From the human T2T-CHM13v2.0 reference genome, Homo sapiens, in assembly GCF_009914755.1 (NCBI RefSeq), contig NC_060936.1: a DNA stretch of 64,000 nt; one strand, written 5' to 3'. This document shows positions 61,770 to 64,000 of the stretch, one piece after another (within the stretch, counting starts at the first letter, position 1; each line of letters opens with the position of its first letter). The notes under the pieces were generated by a model. The model searched no databases and was not told the origin of the DNA. It saw only the letters and a program-made list of their open reading frames with translations. The position numbers and the translations under genes are program-made.

Positions 61770-62112
61770 TTTGTTGTTGTTGTTGTTGTTGTTATTGTTT
61801 TTATTTTTTTGTTTTTGTTTTTTTTTTGAGACGGTGCCTCGCTCTGTCGCCCAGGCCGGACTGCGGACTGCAGTGGCACAATCTCGGCTCACTGCAAGCT
61901 CCGCCTCCTGGGTTCACGCCATTCTCCTGCCTCAGCCTCCCTAGTAGCTGGGACTGCAGGCGCCCGCTACAGCGCCCGGCTGATTGTATTTTTAGTAGAA
62001 ACGGGGGTTTCACCGTGTTAGCCAGGATGGTCTCGATCTGTGGACCTCATGATCCACCCGCCTCGGCCTCCCAAAGTGCTGGGATTACAGGCGTGAGCCA
62101 CCGCGCCCGGCC
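61770..62112 (-). mobile_element. AluYb-lineage element (7-bp CAGTCCG duplication present; two Yb8 diagnostics absent)
   Basis: Minus strand reads GCCACTGCAGTCCGCAGTCCGGCC, GGGTGGATCATGAG and GAGATTG, but has CTAACACGG and GGAGGCGG instead of Yb8 AACAAGG and GGAAGCGG. Confidence 0.85.
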
Positions 62113-62229
62113 CTCAGAGGGAGTTTTAAAACAACTCGAGTCAAGTAGAAAATGCAAACATTTATATTTGCATTGTATCCATGTGCATGTTTATATGCAT
62201 ATTTTGAACATTGTTTTAGAAAATCATCA

Positions 62230-62550
<321 letters not shown>

Positions 62551-62887
62551 AAAATCAGCAATAATGAAAAGCTACACATCAGAACAAATGAGATAGAGAT
62601 ACAACAGGACTCTGAAGAAAATTTATTACCTTAAATTTTTAGATAATTTTTTAAAAGGAATGAAAAATTAATTCAGCCAATAACCAAAATGTTGGTTAAA
62701 AAATCATGTAAAACAAAATGCGGGAATTAATAAAAATACAAGCAAAAATGAAAGAGTTAGAAAATAAACTGCAGGCCTTCATGATTCTAAAGATAATGTA
62801 TTTAACTGACTTTGATGGGAAAGTTTGCCATAGGAGAAGGAAAACTCAAAAGTCTGCTTGAGAAGTTAGCCTGTAATATGTGAAACA

Positions 62888-63229
<342 letters not shown>

Positions 63230-63499
63230 TTAGAGACATTTTGTTTTGTTTCATTTTGTTTTTTATCATGGACCAGGAGGGTGACTTTTTCAGAAAAAGA
63301 GCTAGGCTTCTTAGTCTTAGTTTATATAACTGAGAGAAAAAAAAATAAAGAATATCTTTTTCATCAATACCATTATGTAACAAAACTAAAACGTAATAAC
63401 AATAGCAGTGTGTAGAAATATACAAATCACAGTGTCAGAGTGATAGTCTTGGGTGGTAGAACATTCTGCTTTCTCTACAATGAATATGTATTCTTTATG

Positions 63500-64000
63500 T
63501 AATAAAAATTAAAATACGATTCCCTACTTCACAGCATACCCAGAAATCAATTCCAGATGAATTACAGATTTATATGTTAAAGAAAAAGAATAGACCTTTT
63601 AAGGAAAATGTAAGATAACATATGGGCCTTGGGAATAGGTAAAAATTTATTTAGAAAGATTCAAAACTGTCAACCAAAAATGATAAACTGGATTACAGTA
63701 AAATTGAGAACCTCTGTGCATCAGATACCATTTGGAGAGAGACAAGTATGTTGGAGAAATTATTTGTAATTATATAAAATGACAAAGAACTTCTTTCTAA
63801 ATAGAGAAACAAAGGAAAAAATAAGACATGGGATTTCTAAAGGAAAAATAACACATGGGATTATAGGAAAATTAAGAACTATTTTAAGTCACTGTCAAGA
63901 GAGTGAAAAGTGTGGGAGACCTATTTATCTAACAAAGATTTGTATCCAGAACATATTAGTAAAGGCTCCTCTACATTAAATAAAAGACAACCAAACAATA
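63500..64000 (+). mobile_element. Old L1M ORF2 remnants
   Basis: ccctacttcacagcatacccagaaatcaattccagatgaatt; tgataaactggattacagtaaaattgagaacctctg. Confidence 0.55.

Overview
Human genomic DNA; a human-specific L1HS pre-Ta element supports the species call. The window holds the 5' end of ADAMTS20 on the minus strand: CpG-island promoter, exon 1 (CDS 50346-50436), exon 2 (49424-49785) and exon 3 (30542-30701). These splice in frame with GT-AG boundaries and encode the signal peptide and most of the prodomain. Exon 4 is not in the window. A disabled RPL21 processed pseudogene lies upstream (about 58996-59849, minus). The rest is mostly interspersed repeats (L1, Alu, L2, MIR, THE1/LTR16 LTRs, hAT DNA transposons). 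I found no evidence for a wholly new multi-gene system. The best second-look items are retrotransposition signatures read directly from the sequence: a twin-primed L1HS pre-Ta next to exon 3, an intermediate AluYb element inserted at the same nick as an older Alu (triplicated TSD), an ancient L1PB 3' transduction and two 47-nt L1 micro-insertions. Candidate ADAMTS20 regulatory features are a uORF, an intronic in-frame ATG and a MER81-borne NF-kB site. Repeat subfamily names come from recalled consensus sequences, and old-repeat boundaries are approximate.
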